From NCBI GenBank assembly GCA_963832165.1, contig CAWHTE010000004.1, positions 512,001-576,000 of the forward strand: 64,000 nucleotides of DNA, given 5' to 3'. Positions 1-10,135 of the stretch are shown here, piece after piece (position 1 is the first letter of the stretch; the number at the start of each line of letters is the position of its first letter). A model generated the notes under the pieces. The model was not told the origin of the DNA, did no database searches, and saw only the letters and a list, made by a program, of their open reading frames with translations. The position numbers were made by a program, and so were the translations under genes. The stretch comes from an uncultured delta proteobacterium. GTDB lineage: Bacteria; Myxococcota_A; UBA9160; SMWR01.

Positions 1-2193
1 CACGATCACCTGAACCACGCCATATCGCTCGATGACCTCGGTCAATCCGCGAGATGCCCGCCACGCCGCTTCGTGGTCGCCCGCCGACACCTCCGCCAGC
101 GCGAGCGCCGACGCCCTGAAGAGCTCGGCTGACGCATTGCCGCCCTGATCGAGGACGGCGGCCTCGGCGCAGCGACGGCGGGCGTCGGCGAGATCCCCGA
201 CGTGTGCGTCGACATACGCGCGCTGCGCAATGGCCCAGCGTTCCAACGAGCGGTTGGCCGTCGTCGACGCACAGGTGATCGCCTCGTCGGCGATCTCTGC
301 GGCGGCTCCGAAGTTTCCGCATCTCGTCTCGAGCCAGGAGAGCCAGATGAGCGACTGGCCGAGCTCGGCGTCGTCGCCGTGTTCGGTGAGTCGGTTGCAC
401 AGAGCGCGAAACAGATTACGTGCTTCTGCGTGCCTCCCGACGTACATCATCAGGTATGCGGCGAGGCCGCTCGGCGAAGTTTCGGCCAGCGCGACCCGGC
501 TGTGATCTTCGAGCGCGAGCGCGCGCTCGACCTTCGACCAGTCGACTCCCCGCCCTGCCAGGTAGTCGGCCATCGCACAGAAGGCGAGCGCCTCGGCGAG
601 CAGCGGTCGATCGTCGGTTCCGGCGAGGCGCTCGAGCGCCTGATGGCTGTGATCGGCCGCCCCGGCAAAGTCCATGCGGAGGGTCAGGACGTGAGCCAGC
701 TCGACCTGGATCCTCGCCGAGGTCCTCGGATCGTCGGCGATCGCGAGCGCCTCCAAGAGAAGTCGCTCACTTCCGTCGCGATCCTCCTCGTCCAAGGAGA
801 GCTCCGCCAGCAGGCGGAGGGCGTCCGCGCGCTGCCCAGGCGCGATCGCCTCCGCCATCAGCTCCTCGAGCAGGGAGCGGGCGCGGGCGCGATCGCCCGC
901 GTGGCAGTGGAGCTCGGCGGCGCGAATGCCGCGCGCGCGCGCGGCGACTGCGTCGTTCGGCGGCGTGAGATCCCGCGCCCGTTCCAGGAGTTCGGCAGCA
1001 ACGGAAACCCCTCCGCGAGAGCGGGCGGCGGCAGCGCCTTCCTCGAGCAGCCGCGCGATCGCCTCGTCGGGTTCGCTCGTCCCGAACGCCAGATGCTGCG
1101 CGCGCTGGTCGAGCTCCTCCACCACGTCGGCCAGGCGCAGGTGCATCCTGCGCCGCTCGCCCGTCGTGGCCGTGGCGATCACAGCGGCGGCGTGCAGCGG
1201 ATGGGCGAAGCGGACGACCTCCTGCTCGATCGTCGCGATCGTCGCGCGTTCGGCCGGTTCGAGATCGACGTCGGGAGCGCGTCCGCAGACACGTCGCAGC
1301 GTATCGACGGTGGGATGGGTCAGCAGAGCCGCTGCAAGCAAGAGGTCACGGGTCGCCTCGGGTAGCACCACCACGCGCTCGCGCACGAGCGAGCGGATGT
1401 CGTCGGGCACCGGGAGCGGCTCGTTGTGCGGAAGCGGGGGCCGTTCGGCGAGGGCGCGGCCGATCTCGAGCGCGAACAGGGGATTGCCGCCCGACGTGGC
1501 GTGGATGCGCACGAGCGTCGATCGCTGGAAGGTGGTCCCGAGTCGCTCCTTGAGCAGGCGTTGGAGCGCGCCCAGACTGAGCGGAGTCATGCGCACGCGG
1601 GCGAACGTGTCGCGCGGCACGAGCGCCTCGAGATCGAGCTTCACGGGCTCGAGCAGGCGGCGCGTCGCGAGCAGCGCCACGCGTTCGGTCGTCAGACGCC
1701 GGATGACGAAATCGAGGACGCCGACCGAAGCCGCGTCCAACCATTGCACGTCGTCGACGGCCAACAGCACGGGTCTCTCCGCGGCGAGACTCGAGACCAG
1801 CGAACGCATGCCCGCCGCAACCGCCCGTTCCGCGATCGGTCGGTCGCCCGGGTCGACCTCGAGCAGCGCGCTCGCGAGCGCACGCCGCTGCGGCGTGGGC
1901 AGCGCCTTCAACCGTTCGGCGGACATGGCGCCGAGCAGCTCGGCGACCGCAGCGAGCGGCATCGCCACTTCCGAAGCTCCGGGCCGGCAGGAGAGGACGT
2001 GGAACCCATGCGCTTCGGCTCGGCGTAGGGCCTCGCGGAAGAGCGTGGTCTTGCCGATGCCCGCCTCGCCTTCGAGGAGCAGCACGGCCAGACCCTCGCG
2101 TCCGGCAGACAGCAGCTGCTCGATCGCGGTGAGCTCGAGTTCGCGACCGATCAGCTCGGCCGATGCGGAATCAGGTCTTCGCCTGGAGGACAT
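1..2193 (-). CDS. AAA/STAND ATPase transcriptional regulator (LuxR/MalT-like), 3' end beyond window edge
   Basis: Not in the ORF track (no stop in the window). Manual translation from ATG at 2193: MSSRRRPDSASAELIGRELELTAIEQLL...LLLEGEAGIGKTTL (Walker A), GGNPLFALEI, VPDDIRSLVRERV. The C-terminal HTH is not visible. Confidence 0.8.
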   Translation of the reverse strand, partial: MSSRRRPDSASAELIGRELELTAIEQLLSAGREGLAVLLLEGEAGIGKTTLFREALRRAEAHGFHVLSCRPGASEVAMPLAAVAELLGAMSAERLKALPTPQRRALASALLEVDPGDRPIAERAVAAGMRSLVSSLAAERPVLLAVDDVQWLDAASVGVLDFVIRRLTTERVALLATRRLLEPVKLDLEALVPRDTFARVRMTPLSLGALQRLLKERLGTTFQRSTLVRIHATSGGNPLFALEIGRALAERPPLPHNEPLPVPDDIRSLVRERVVVLPEATRDLLLAAALLTHPTVDTLRRVCGRAPDVDLEPAERATIATIEQEVVRFAHPLHAAAVIATATTGERRRMHLRLADVVEELDQRAQHLAFGTSEPDEAIARLLEEGAAAARSRGGVSVAAELLERARDLTPPNDAVAARARGIRAAELHCHAGDRARARSLLEELMAEAIAPGQRADALRLLAELSLDEEDRDGSERLLLEALAIADDPRTSARIQVELAHVLTLRMDFAGAADHSHQALERLAGTDDRPLLAEALAFCAMADYLAGRGVDWSKVERALALEDHSRVALAETSPSGLAAYLMMYVGRHAEARNLFRALCNRLTEHGDDAELGQSLIWLSWLETRCGNFGAAAEIADEAITCASTTANRSLERWAIAQRAYVDAHVGDLADARRRCAEAAVLDQGGNASAELFRASALALAEVSAGDHEAAWRASRGLTEVIERYGVVQVIV

Positions 2194-2252
2194 AGCACCT
2201 CCAAACAGGGTCGCGCGGGCCGCCCGCCAGGATACCCGCACGGCCGGCGAAC

Positions 2253-2264
2253 CTTCCGCGGAAG
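2253..2264. promoter_or_regulatory. 12-bp perfect palindrome CTTCCGCGGAAG in the divergent intergenic region; candidate operator
   Basis: Seen between the regulator start (2193) and the FG-GAP gene start (2335); function inferred. Confidence 0.3.
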
Positions 2265-2334
2265 ATTTGAGGGTTTCCGTTATTTCGCCGCCACCTACCC
2301 CGAGCGTACGGTGACCCCCCGAGGAGCAAGGATC

Positions 2335-5300
2335 ATGCTCAGGCGACTGCGGGTGGGTACGGCGGCGGCACTCGTTCTCAGCGCGTGTGTCGGGCCCGGG
2401 GGCGATCGAAACAGCGAGACGGCGGATGCCGCGTGGCTCGCCGAGGCGCAGCGCGAGATCGCGGCGCGCGAGTACCGCGCGAGCGAGAACGGCGAGGGTT
2501 TCCAGGCGCCCAACCGCGCGCACAACCTCCGCACGTACTTCGAACCGACGGGCATCCGCGTGCACGACCGCACCGCGTCGGGCAGCCCGGAGCTACTGCA
2601 GCTCACGCTGACCGGCATGGGTCGCGGCCAGACCCTCGCGGCGGTCGAGCGCGGCACGGGGCCGGTGACGGCCGAGAACCGCGTGGAGATCCATCGTCCG
2701 GGTCTCGTCGAGTGGTACGTGAACTCGCCCGCAGGCCTTGAGCAGGGCTTCACGCTCGCAAAGCGCCAGCACGGCGAGGGCCCGCTCGTCGTGGAGCTCG
2801 CGGTCGCGGGCGCGCGACCGGCTCTGCTCGGAGACGCGGTGATCTTCGACACCGCACAGCGCAAGCTGCGCTACGGCGAGTTGGTCGCCAACGACGCAGA
2901 AGGCACGGTGCTCCCTTCGCACCTCGAGCTCGCCAGTACCGACCAGCTCCGGATCGTGGTCGACGATGCTGCCGCGGCCTACCCGATCGTGATCGATCCC
3001 CTGCTCACGGAGACCGCGGATACGCAGCTCGAGTCGAACCAGGCGAGCGCGGATTTCGGCGTCAGCGTGGCGGCGGCTGGCGACGTGAACGGGGACGGCC
3101 ACGCCGACGTGATCGTCGGCGCCCGGCGGTTCGATGGCGGCGAGAGTGACGAGGGCGCGGCATTCGTGTTCCTGGGCAGCGCGTCGGGAATCGGCAACGG
3201 CGATCCATTCACAGCGGCGGCCCGATTCGAGTCGGACCAGGCGGGCGCGTGGATGGGCGCGAGCGTCGCGGGGGCCGGCGACGTGGACGGCGACGGCTAC
3301 GACGACGTGATCGTCGGGGCCACCTTCTACGACGACGGGCAGACCGACGAGGGCGCGGCGTTCGTGTTCACCGGCAGCGCAACCGGCATCGCGGACGGCA
3401 TTCCCTTCACGGCGGCGGCGCAGCTCGAGTCGAACCAGCCCAACGCGGGTTTCGGCCTGAGCGTGTCCGGGGCCGGCGACACCAACGGCGACGGCTATGG
3501 CGACGTGATCGTCGGGGCCATCGTCTACGACAACGGGCAGACCGACGAGGGCGCGGCGTTCGTGTTCCCGGGCAGCCCGTCGGGAGTCGCATCCAGCAAT
3601 CCCGGCACACCCGGGGTGACGCAGGTCGAGTCGAACCAGGCCAGCGCGGGTTTCGGCTTCAGCGTGGCCGGGGCCGGCGACGTGAACGGCGATGGCTATG
3701 CCGACGCGATCGTGGGCGCCTACGCGTACGATGCGGGCCAGGGCGACGAGGGCGCCGCGTTCGTGTTCCCGGGCGGCGCATCGGGGATCGCCTCGAGCCA
3801 TCCGGCAACGCCCGGGGTGGCGCAGCTCGAGTCGAACCAGGCGGGTGCGTTCCTGGGATACAGCGTGGCGGGGGCGGGCGACACGAATGGGGATGGCTAC
3901 GCCGACGTGATCGTCGGGACCGTCTTCTACGACAACGGGGAAACCAACGAGGGCGCGGCGTTCGTGTTCCTGGGCAGCGCATCGGGGATCGCCTCGAGCA
4001 ATCCGGCGACTTCTGGCGTGGCACAGCTCGAGGCGAACCAGGCGAACGCGACTCTCGGGAACAGCGTGGCGGGGGCCGGCGATGTGAACGGCGACGGCTA
4101 TGCCGACGCGATCGTGGGCGCCAACGGCTACGACGGGGGCCACAGCAACGAGGGCGCCGCGTTCGTGTTCGTGGGCAGCGCGTCAGGGATCGTGGACGGC
4201 GATCCCGCGACGGCGCTGGCACAGATCGAATCGAGTCAGGCGGAAGCGAATCTCGGCTTCAGCGTGGCGGGGGCCGGCGACGTGAATGGCGACGGCTATG
4301 CCGATGTGATCGCGGGCGTCTACCGCTACGACAACGGCGAGACCGACGAGGGCGCCGCGTTCGTGTCCCTCGGCGGGCCCGCGGGCATCGCGTTTGGGAA
4401 CCCAGCGACGGCGGCGGCACAGCTCGAGCCGGAGCAGGCGAGCGCACAGCTCGGCGTGAGCGTCGCTGGAGCGGGCGACGTGAACGGCGACGGTTACGGC
4501 GATGTGATCGTGGGGGCCAGGCTCTATGACGCGGGTCAATCCAGCGAAGGCGCGGCCTTCGTGTTCATCGGGAGTAGCTCGGGGATCGCCGACAGCAATC
4601 CCGCCACTGCGGCAACGCAGCTCGAGGGGGACCAACCGGACGCGCAGCTCGGCGGGAGCGTTGCCTCGGCCGGCGACGTGAACGGGGACGGCTACGCCGA
4701 CGTGATCGTGGGCGCCAGTCTGTACGATGCGCCCGAATCAGCCGAGGGCGCAGCCTTCGTGTTCCTGGGGAGTGCGACGGGGATTGCAGCTGGCAATCCT
4801 GCGACGGCGGCGGCGCAGCTCGAGTCGAACCAGCCGCTCGCGACTCTCGGCGGAAGCGTGGCCGCGGCAGGCGACGTGAACGGGGACGGCTACGGGGACG
4901 TGATCGTGGGCGCCAATCTGTACGACGCGCCCGAATCAGCCGAGGGCGCAGCCTTCGTGTTCCTGGGGAGTGCGACGGGGATTGCAGATGGCAATCCCGT
5001 GACGGCGGCGGCACAGCTCGAGTCGAACCAGCCGGGCGCGAATCTCGGCGCGAGCGTCGCGGGAGCGGGCGACGTGAACGGGGACGGCTATGCCGATCTG
5101 ATTGCCGGGGCGTACACCTACAGCAACGGGCCCACCCCGAGAGAGGGCGCAGCCTTCGTGTTCCTGGGGAGTGCGACAGGGATCGCGGCTGGCAATCCCG
5201 CGACGGCGGCAGCGCAGCTCGAGGCGGACCAGATGGACGCGCAGCTCGGCGTGAGCGTCGCCTCGGCCGGCGACGTGAACGGAGACGGCTACGCCGACGT

Positions 5301-6261
5301 GATCGTGGGTGCCAATTTTTACGACTTGCCTGAAGACGGGGAGGGCGCAGCTTTCGTGTTCCTGGGGAGTGCGACAGGGATCGCGGATGGCAATCCCGCG
5401 ACGGCGGCGGCGCACCTCCAAGTGAACCTGTATGCGCAGCTCGGCACCAGCGTGGCCGGGGCTGGCGACCTGAACGGCGATGGCTACGCCGACGTGATCG
5501 TAGGTGCCCCCGCTTACGATGCCGCCCAGACCGGGGGCGCCGCGTTCGTGTTCCTGGGAAGCGCGACGGGGCTCGGCACGGAGCCCTTTGGATTGCCGTC
5601 AGCGGCGCTCCTGTCGGATCAGGCGAGTTCGAGGCTCGGCTCGAGCGTCGCGGGAGCGGGCGACGTGAACGGGGACGGCTATGCAGACGTGATCGTAGGT
5701 GCCTTCGAATACGATGCGGGCCTGACCGACGAGGGAGCCGCGTTCCTGTTCCTCGGCAACGCAAATACGAAAGGCCGACCGGTGCTCGCGCGGCAGCGGC
5801 GCGGCAACGGCAGCGGCATCGTCGTGCAACCGTGGGGGCGCTCGCGATCCGCGACGGGTTTCGCCGCGGAGCTGCGCGCGAGTCACCCGCAGGGGACAGG
5901 GCGCGTGAAGGCGGAGCTGGAGGCGTGCCCGTCCGATGGGGCGCCCGCGGTGCCGTTCGGTGACGCGAGCTGCACGACCGCGTTCACCCCGAGCTGGGTG
6001 ACCGTGAACGGCACGACCCCCGAGGTGCTGCTCTCGCACACGTTCACGGGTCTCGTGAACAACACGCTCTACCGCTGGCGCGCGCGCGTGCTGCACGCGC
6101 CGGCGGTCGGGACGGTCCCCGCGAACCCCGAGCACGGGCCATGGCGACGACTCGGCGCGCAGTCCGTGGAAGGTGACATCCGGCTGCCCGAGCCCGGATT
6201 GCTGGTCCCACTGATTTCCGGCCTTGCACTCGTCGCGTCGCTCGCGCGCCGGCGGAGGTAG
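2335..6261 (+). CDS. Secreted/surface FG-GAP (integrin-alpha-like) repeat protein 1, 14 repeats, PEP-CTERM-like tail
   Basis: RBS GAGGAG at 2321, ATG 2335; signal peptide ending LSAC (lipobox-like); 14 x G.SVAGAGDVNGDGY.DVIVGA..Y...EGAAFVF; C-terminus IRLPEPGLLVPLISGLALVASLARRRR. Confidence 0.9.
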   Translation: MLRRLRVGTAAALVLSACVGPGGDRNSETADAAWLAEAQREIAAREYRASENGEGFQAPNRAHNLRTYFEPTGIRVHDRTASGSPELLQLTLTGMGRGQTLAAVERGTGPVTAENRVEIHRPGLVEWYVNSPAGLEQGFTLAKRQHGEGPLVVELAVAGARPALLGDAVIFDTAQRKLRYGELVANDAEGTVLPSHLELASTDQLRIVVDDAAAAYPIVIDPLLTETADTQLESNQASADFGVSVAAAGDVNGDGHADVIVGARRFDGGESDEGAAFVFLGSASGIGNGDPFTAAARFESDQAGAWMGASVAGAGDVDGDGYDDVIVGATFYDDGQTDEGAAFVFTGSATGIADGIPFTAAAQLESNQPNAGFGLSVSGAGDTNGDGYGDVIVGAIVYDNGQTDEGAAFVFPGSPSGVASSNPGTPGVTQVESNQASAGFGFSVAGAGDVNGDGYADAIVGAYAYDAGQGDEGAAFVFPGGASGIASSHPATPGVAQLESNQAGAFLGYSVAGAGDTNGDGYADVIVGTVFYDNGETNEGAAFVFLGSASGIASSNPATSGVAQLEANQANATLGNSVAGAGDVNGDGYADAIVGANGYDGGHSNEGAAFVFVGSASGIVDGDPATALAQIESSQAEANLGFSVAGAGDVNGDGYADVIAGVYRYDNGETDEGAAFVSLGGPAGIAFGNPATAAAQLEPEQASAQLGVSVAGAGDVNGDGYGDVIVGARLYDAGQSSEGAAFVFIGSSSGIADSNPATAATQLEGDQPDAQLGGSVASAGDVNGDGYADVIVGASLYDAPESAEGAAFVFLGSATGIAAGNPATAAAQLESNQPLATLGGSVAAAGDVNGDGYGDVIVGANLYDAPESAEGAAFVFLGSATGIADGNPVTAAAQLESNQPGANLGASVAGAGDVNGDGYADLIAGAYTYSNGPTPREGAAFVFLGSATGIAAGNPATAAAQLEADQMDAQLGVSVASAGDVNGDGYADVIVGANFYDLPEDGEGAAFVFLGSATGIADGNPATAAAHLQVNLYAQLGTSVAGAGDLNGDGYADVIVGAPAYDAAQTGGAAFVFLGSATGLGTEPFGLPSAALLSDQASSRLGSSVAGAGDVNGDGYADVIVGAFEYDAGLTDEGAAFLFLGNANTKGRPVLARQRRGNGSGIVVQPWGRSRSATGFAAELRASHPQGTGRVKAELEACPSDGAPAVPFGDASCTTAFTPSWVTVNGTTPEVLLSHTFTGLVNNTLYRWRARVLHAPAVGTVPANPEHGPWRRLGAQSVEGDIRLPEPGLLVPLISGLALVASLARRRR

Positions 6262-6263
6262 TC

Positions 6264-9200
6264 ATGCGCATTCGAGGTCTAGCGATCGTGAGCTCGTCGT
6301 TCCTCGTGGTCTGCGCGAGCCCGGATCGGAGCGAACGGGAGGCTGTCGATGCGAGCTTCCTCGCGCGCGCACAGGAGCAGATCGCCGCGCGCGAGTACCG
6401 CGCGAGCGAGAACGGGCAGGGCCTCCAGGCGCCGAACCGCGCGCACAACCTACGCACCTACTTCGACAAGACGGGCATCCGCGTGCACGACCGCACCGCG
6501 GAGGGGAGCCCGGAGCTGCTGCAGCTCACGCTTGCGGGTGTAGGCCGCGGCGAGGCGTTGGCAGCGGTCGAGCCCGGCGCTGCGCCGGTAACGGACGGGG
6601 ACCGCGTAGAGATCCATCGTCCGGGTCTCGTCGAGTGGTACCTGAACACCGAGGCCGGGCTCGAGCAGGGCTTCACGCTCGCGGAGCGTCCGCGCGGCGA
6701 GGGTCCGCTCGTCGTCGAGCTCGCGGTCGCGGGCGCGCGACCGACACTGGTCGGCGATGCGGTGATCTTCGAGTCGGAAGAGCAGCGCCCGCTGCGCTAC
6801 GGCGAGCTGGTCGCCAATGACGCGGACGGCAAGGTGCTTCCCGCGCACCTCGAGCTCTCGGGTGACGACCGGCTACGCATCGCCGTCGACGACGCCGACG
6901 CGGCCTACCCGATCGTGATCGATCCGCTGCTGACCGCGACGCATGACCTGCTCCTCTTTGGAACCCAGACCAGCTCGCAGTTCGGCATCAGCGTGGCGGG
7001 CGCGGGCGACGTGAACGGTGACGGCTATGCCGACGTGATCGTCGGCGCCAGCGGCTACGACGACGGCCAGAGCAACGAGGGCGCCGCGTTCGTGTTCCAC
7101 GGCAGCGCCTCCGGGATCATCGGCAACAGTCCGGCCACGGCCAATGCCGCGCTCACCTCGGATCTGTCGGGCATCGGCTTCGGCATCAGCGTCGCGGGCG
7201 CCGGCGACGTGAACGGCGACGGCTATGCCGACGTGATCGTCGGCGCGAGTGGCTACAGCGCGGGTGCGGGCGCGGCGTTCGTGTTCTACGGGAGCGGGAC
7301 GGGGATCGTGGGGATCAACCTCGCGTCGGCGCACCAGCTCACCTGCACGCAGGTGAGCACCAGTTTCGGCTTCAGCGTCGCGGGCGCGGGCGACGTGAAC
7401 GCGGACGGTTTCGACGACGTGGTCGTGGGCGCCTGGCTGTACGACAACGGCCAGACCGATGAGGGCGCGGCGTTCGTGTTTCGCGGCAGCGCGTCCGGGG
7501 TGGGGACCCGCACACAACTCGCGGCCAACACGCAGCTCGAGTCGAACCAGGCCAACGCGGCGTTCGGGTTCAGCGTGGCGGGCGCGGGCGACGTGAACAG
7601 CGACGGCTATGCCGACGTGATCGTGGGCGCGCAGTGGTACGAGGTCAACCCACCGTTTACGCCGCCGACGGAGGGCGCCGCGTTCGTCTACCACGGCGGT
7701 GCCGGCGGAATGGTGCTCGATGCGACGATCGGCGGCGGCCAAGCTGACATGTGGTTCGGCCGGAGCGTCGCGGGCGCGGGCGATGTGAACGGCGACGGCT
7801 TTGCCGACGTGATCGTCGGCGCCCCGTTCTTCGACTTCCCCAACGTTCCCGGCCGGGAAGGGGCCGCGTGGGTATTCGAAGGGAATCCGGGTGGTGTCGT
7901 GAGCCAGGTCGCCAGCGCGGCGTTCCCGGTGCTGATCGGCGACGAGCAGGCGGACGCGCAGTTCGGCAATCGCGTGGCCGGAGCCGGCGACGTGAACGGC
8001 GACGGCTACGCCGACGTGATCGTGGCCACTTCGCTGAACGACAGTGCGGGCACCGATACGGGCGTGGCGTTCGTGTATCCCGGTACAGCAGCGGGCATCT
8101 CCGCGGTGGGGTTCGCGCGGCTCCAGGGCAACCAGCCGAGCCGGGAGTTCGCTTCCGGCGTGGCCGGCGCCGGCGACGTGAACGGCGACGGCTATGCGGA
8201 CGTGATCGTGGGCGCGCAGTTCTACGACGCGGCGACCGCCGTCGACGGCGCGGCGTTCGTCTATCACGGCGGCGGGAGAGGCACGGGCTTTCGGACCGTC
8301 GACGTGAGCTCCCATGTCGTGACGGGTGGGAATAGTGTGGCGTCGGCGGGCGACGTGAACGGCGACGGCTACGGCGACGTGATCGTGGGTACCCCGTTCT
8401 ACGACAACGGCAGCGACCCGAACGAGGGATGGGCGTGGGTGTTCCACGGGAGTGCGTCGGGAATCATCGTGAACGACTATCAGATTCTCGAGTCGAATCG
8501 GGAGGACGCGCGATTCGGCTCCAGTGTGGCCGGCGCCGGGGACGTGAACGGTGACGGCTATGGCGATGTGATCGTCGGAGCGCCTTACTACGGCATCAGC
8601 TGGGCCGACTCCGGCGCGGCGTTCGTGTTCCTGGGCAGCGCGTCGGGCGTCGCGGGCACCCAGCCATCCAATGCGCATGCGACTCTGGGTGGAGACCAGC
8701 TGAACGGCCATCTCGGATCGGACGTGGATTCGGCGGGCGACGTGAATGGCGATGGCTACGCCGATGTGATCGTCGGGGCGTATACGTACAGCCACGGCCA
8801 GTCGAGCGAGGGAGCGGCGTTCGTGTTCCACGGGAGTGGGACGGGAATCGGCAACCGGACGAGCGCGACCCCAGACGCTCTGCTCGAGTCGGACGACGCC
8901 TTCGCGTATTTCGGCAATGAGGTGGCAGGCGCTGGGGACGTGAACGGGGATGGCTACAGCGACGTGATCGTAGGGGCGACGCAAAACTACGGTGCTGGTG
9001 AGGCCGGGGCCGTATTCGTGTTCCCGGGCAGCGCATCGGGGATCGCCGACGGCAATCCTGGATCGATCGGAGTGACTCAGCTCGAGTCGGGCCCGGCCGG
9101 TAATTTCTGGGGTGTCGCGGACGGCGCGGGTGACGTGAACGGTGATGGCTACGGCGATCTGATCGCTGGCGGCCACACTGGGGGCCAGAACCGAGTGTTC

Positions 9201-10106
9201 GTATTCAACGGCGGCACGTCGGGAATCGCGGACGGAGACGCCGGCACGGCGTCAGCCACGATTCTGGGACAAGGGCTTGCCGCCAGCCTGGGCGGCAGAG
9301 TCGCGGGGGCTGGTGACCTCAATGGCGATGGGAACGCCGACGTGTTGGCCGCGGCGCCGAACTACGGAAACGGCCAGACGAGGGAGGGCGCCGTGTTCGT
9401 GTTTCACGGCAGTGCGTTCGGAATCGCGAGCGGCGATGCCCTGATCGTTGCGAATGGGCGGATCGAGGGGGGCCAGGATGAACTGTTCTTCGGGATCCCG
9501 GCGTCTGCGGGAGATGTGAACGGAGACGGCTACGCCGACGTGATCGTAGGAGCGCCGTCCTACGATTATCTCCCGGTCGTGGACCAGGGCGCGGCGTTCC
9601 TGTTCCTCGGCAATGGCGGTGGCCGCTCCGTTCTCGCGCAGCAGAGGCGCGCCGACGGTACGGGTGACGTGGTGCAGCCGTGGGGGAAGGCGGAGTCCGC
9701 GACGGTCGAGTTCAGGGCCAGCCATCCCGCCGGCACTGGCCTCGTGCGCGGCCAGTTCGAGGCGTGCCCGACCGGCGTGCCGTTCGGAAGCGGTAGCTGC
9801 ACGACCGCGCTCTCGCCGACGTGGGAGCCAGTGGGCCTAATAGGATTCGAACCCGACAGGCTGCTGCCTCACACGTTCACCGGCCTCTCGAGCAACATGC
9901 TCTACCGCTGGCGCGCGCGCGTGCAGTATGCGCCGTTGAGCGGCCCGATCGCGACCAACCCATTCCATAGCCCGTGGCGGCGGCTCGGCGCGCAGTCGGT
10001 GGAGGCGGACATACGCCTGCCCGAGCCGGGGGTGTTGCTCTCGCTCGTTAGTGGATTTGCACTCGTCTCGGCGCTCTCGCTCCGGCGGAGCCGACCCGTT
10101 CGATAG
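6264..10106 (+). CDS. FG-GAP repeat protein 2, 14 repeats, PEP-CTERM-like tail
   Basis: Intact 1280-aa ORF with the same architecture as protein 1; ends IRLPEPGVLLSLVSGFALVSALSLRRSRPVR. Confidence 0.9.
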   Translation: MRIRGLAIVSSSFLVVCASPDRSEREAVDASFLARAQEQIAAREYRASENGQGLQAPNRAHNLRTYFDKTGIRVHDRTAEGSPELLQLTLAGVGRGEALAAVEPGAAPVTDGDRVEIHRPGLVEWYLNTEAGLEQGFTLAERPRGEGPLVVELAVAGARPTLVGDAVIFESEEQRPLRYGELVANDADGKVLPAHLELSGDDRLRIAVDDADAAYPIVIDPLLTATHDLLLFGTQTSSQFGISVAGAGDVNGDGYADVIVGASGYDDGQSNEGAAFVFHGSASGIIGNSPATANAALTSDLSGIGFGISVAGAGDVNGDGYADVIVGASGYSAGAGAAFVFYGSGTGIVGINLASAHQLTCTQVSTSFGFSVAGAGDVNADGFDDVVVGAWLYDNGQTDEGAAFVFRGSASGVGTRTQLAANTQLESNQANAAFGFSVAGAGDVNSDGYADVIVGAQWYEVNPPFTPPTEGAAFVYHGGAGGMVLDATIGGGQADMWFGRSVAGAGDVNGDGFADVIVGAPFFDFPNVPGREGAAWVFEGNPGGVVSQVASAAFPVLIGDEQADAQFGNRVAGAGDVNGDGYADVIVATSLNDSAGTDTGVAFVYPGTAAGISAVGFARLQGNQPSREFASGVAGAGDVNGDGYADVIVGAQFYDAATAVDGAAFVYHGGGRGTGFRTVDVSSHVVTGGNSVASAGDVNGDGYGDVIVGTPFYDNGSDPNEGWAWVFHGSASGIIVNDYQILESNREDARFGSSVAGAGDVNGDGYGDVIVGAPYYGISWADSGAAFVFLGSASGVAGTQPSNAHATLGGDQLNGHLGSDVDSAGDVNGDGYADVIVGAYTYSHGQSSEGAAFVFHGSGTGIGNRTSATPDALLESDDAFAYFGNEVAGAGDVNGDGYSDVIVGATQNYGAGEAGAVFVFPGSASGIADGNPGSIGVTQLESGPAGNFWGVADGAGDVNGDGYGDLIAGGHTGGQNRVFVFNGGTSGIADGDAGTASATILGQGLAASLGGRVAGAGDLNGDGNADVLAAAPNYGNGQTREGAVFVFHGSAFGIASGDALIVANGRIEGGQDELFFGIPASAGDVNGDGYADVIVGAPSYDYLPVVDQGAAFLFLGNGGGRSVLAQQRRADGTGDVVQPWGKAESATVEFRASHPAGTGLVRGQFEACPTGVPFGSGSCTTALSPTWEPVGLIGFEPDRLLPHTFTGLSSNMLYRWRARVQYAPLSGPIATNPFHSPWRRLGAQSVEADIRLPEPGVLLSLVSGFALVSALSLRRSRPVR

Positions 10107-10135
10107 AGTTCGCGCTTCCCTCGGGGACCCCATCG

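Noticed and set aside
202..2314. Long plus-strand ORFs (387, 462 and 200 aa) and similar Arg/Ala-rich ORFs throughout the track
   Set aside because: Antisense or off-frame shadows of real genes in high-GC DNA; no recognisable motifs
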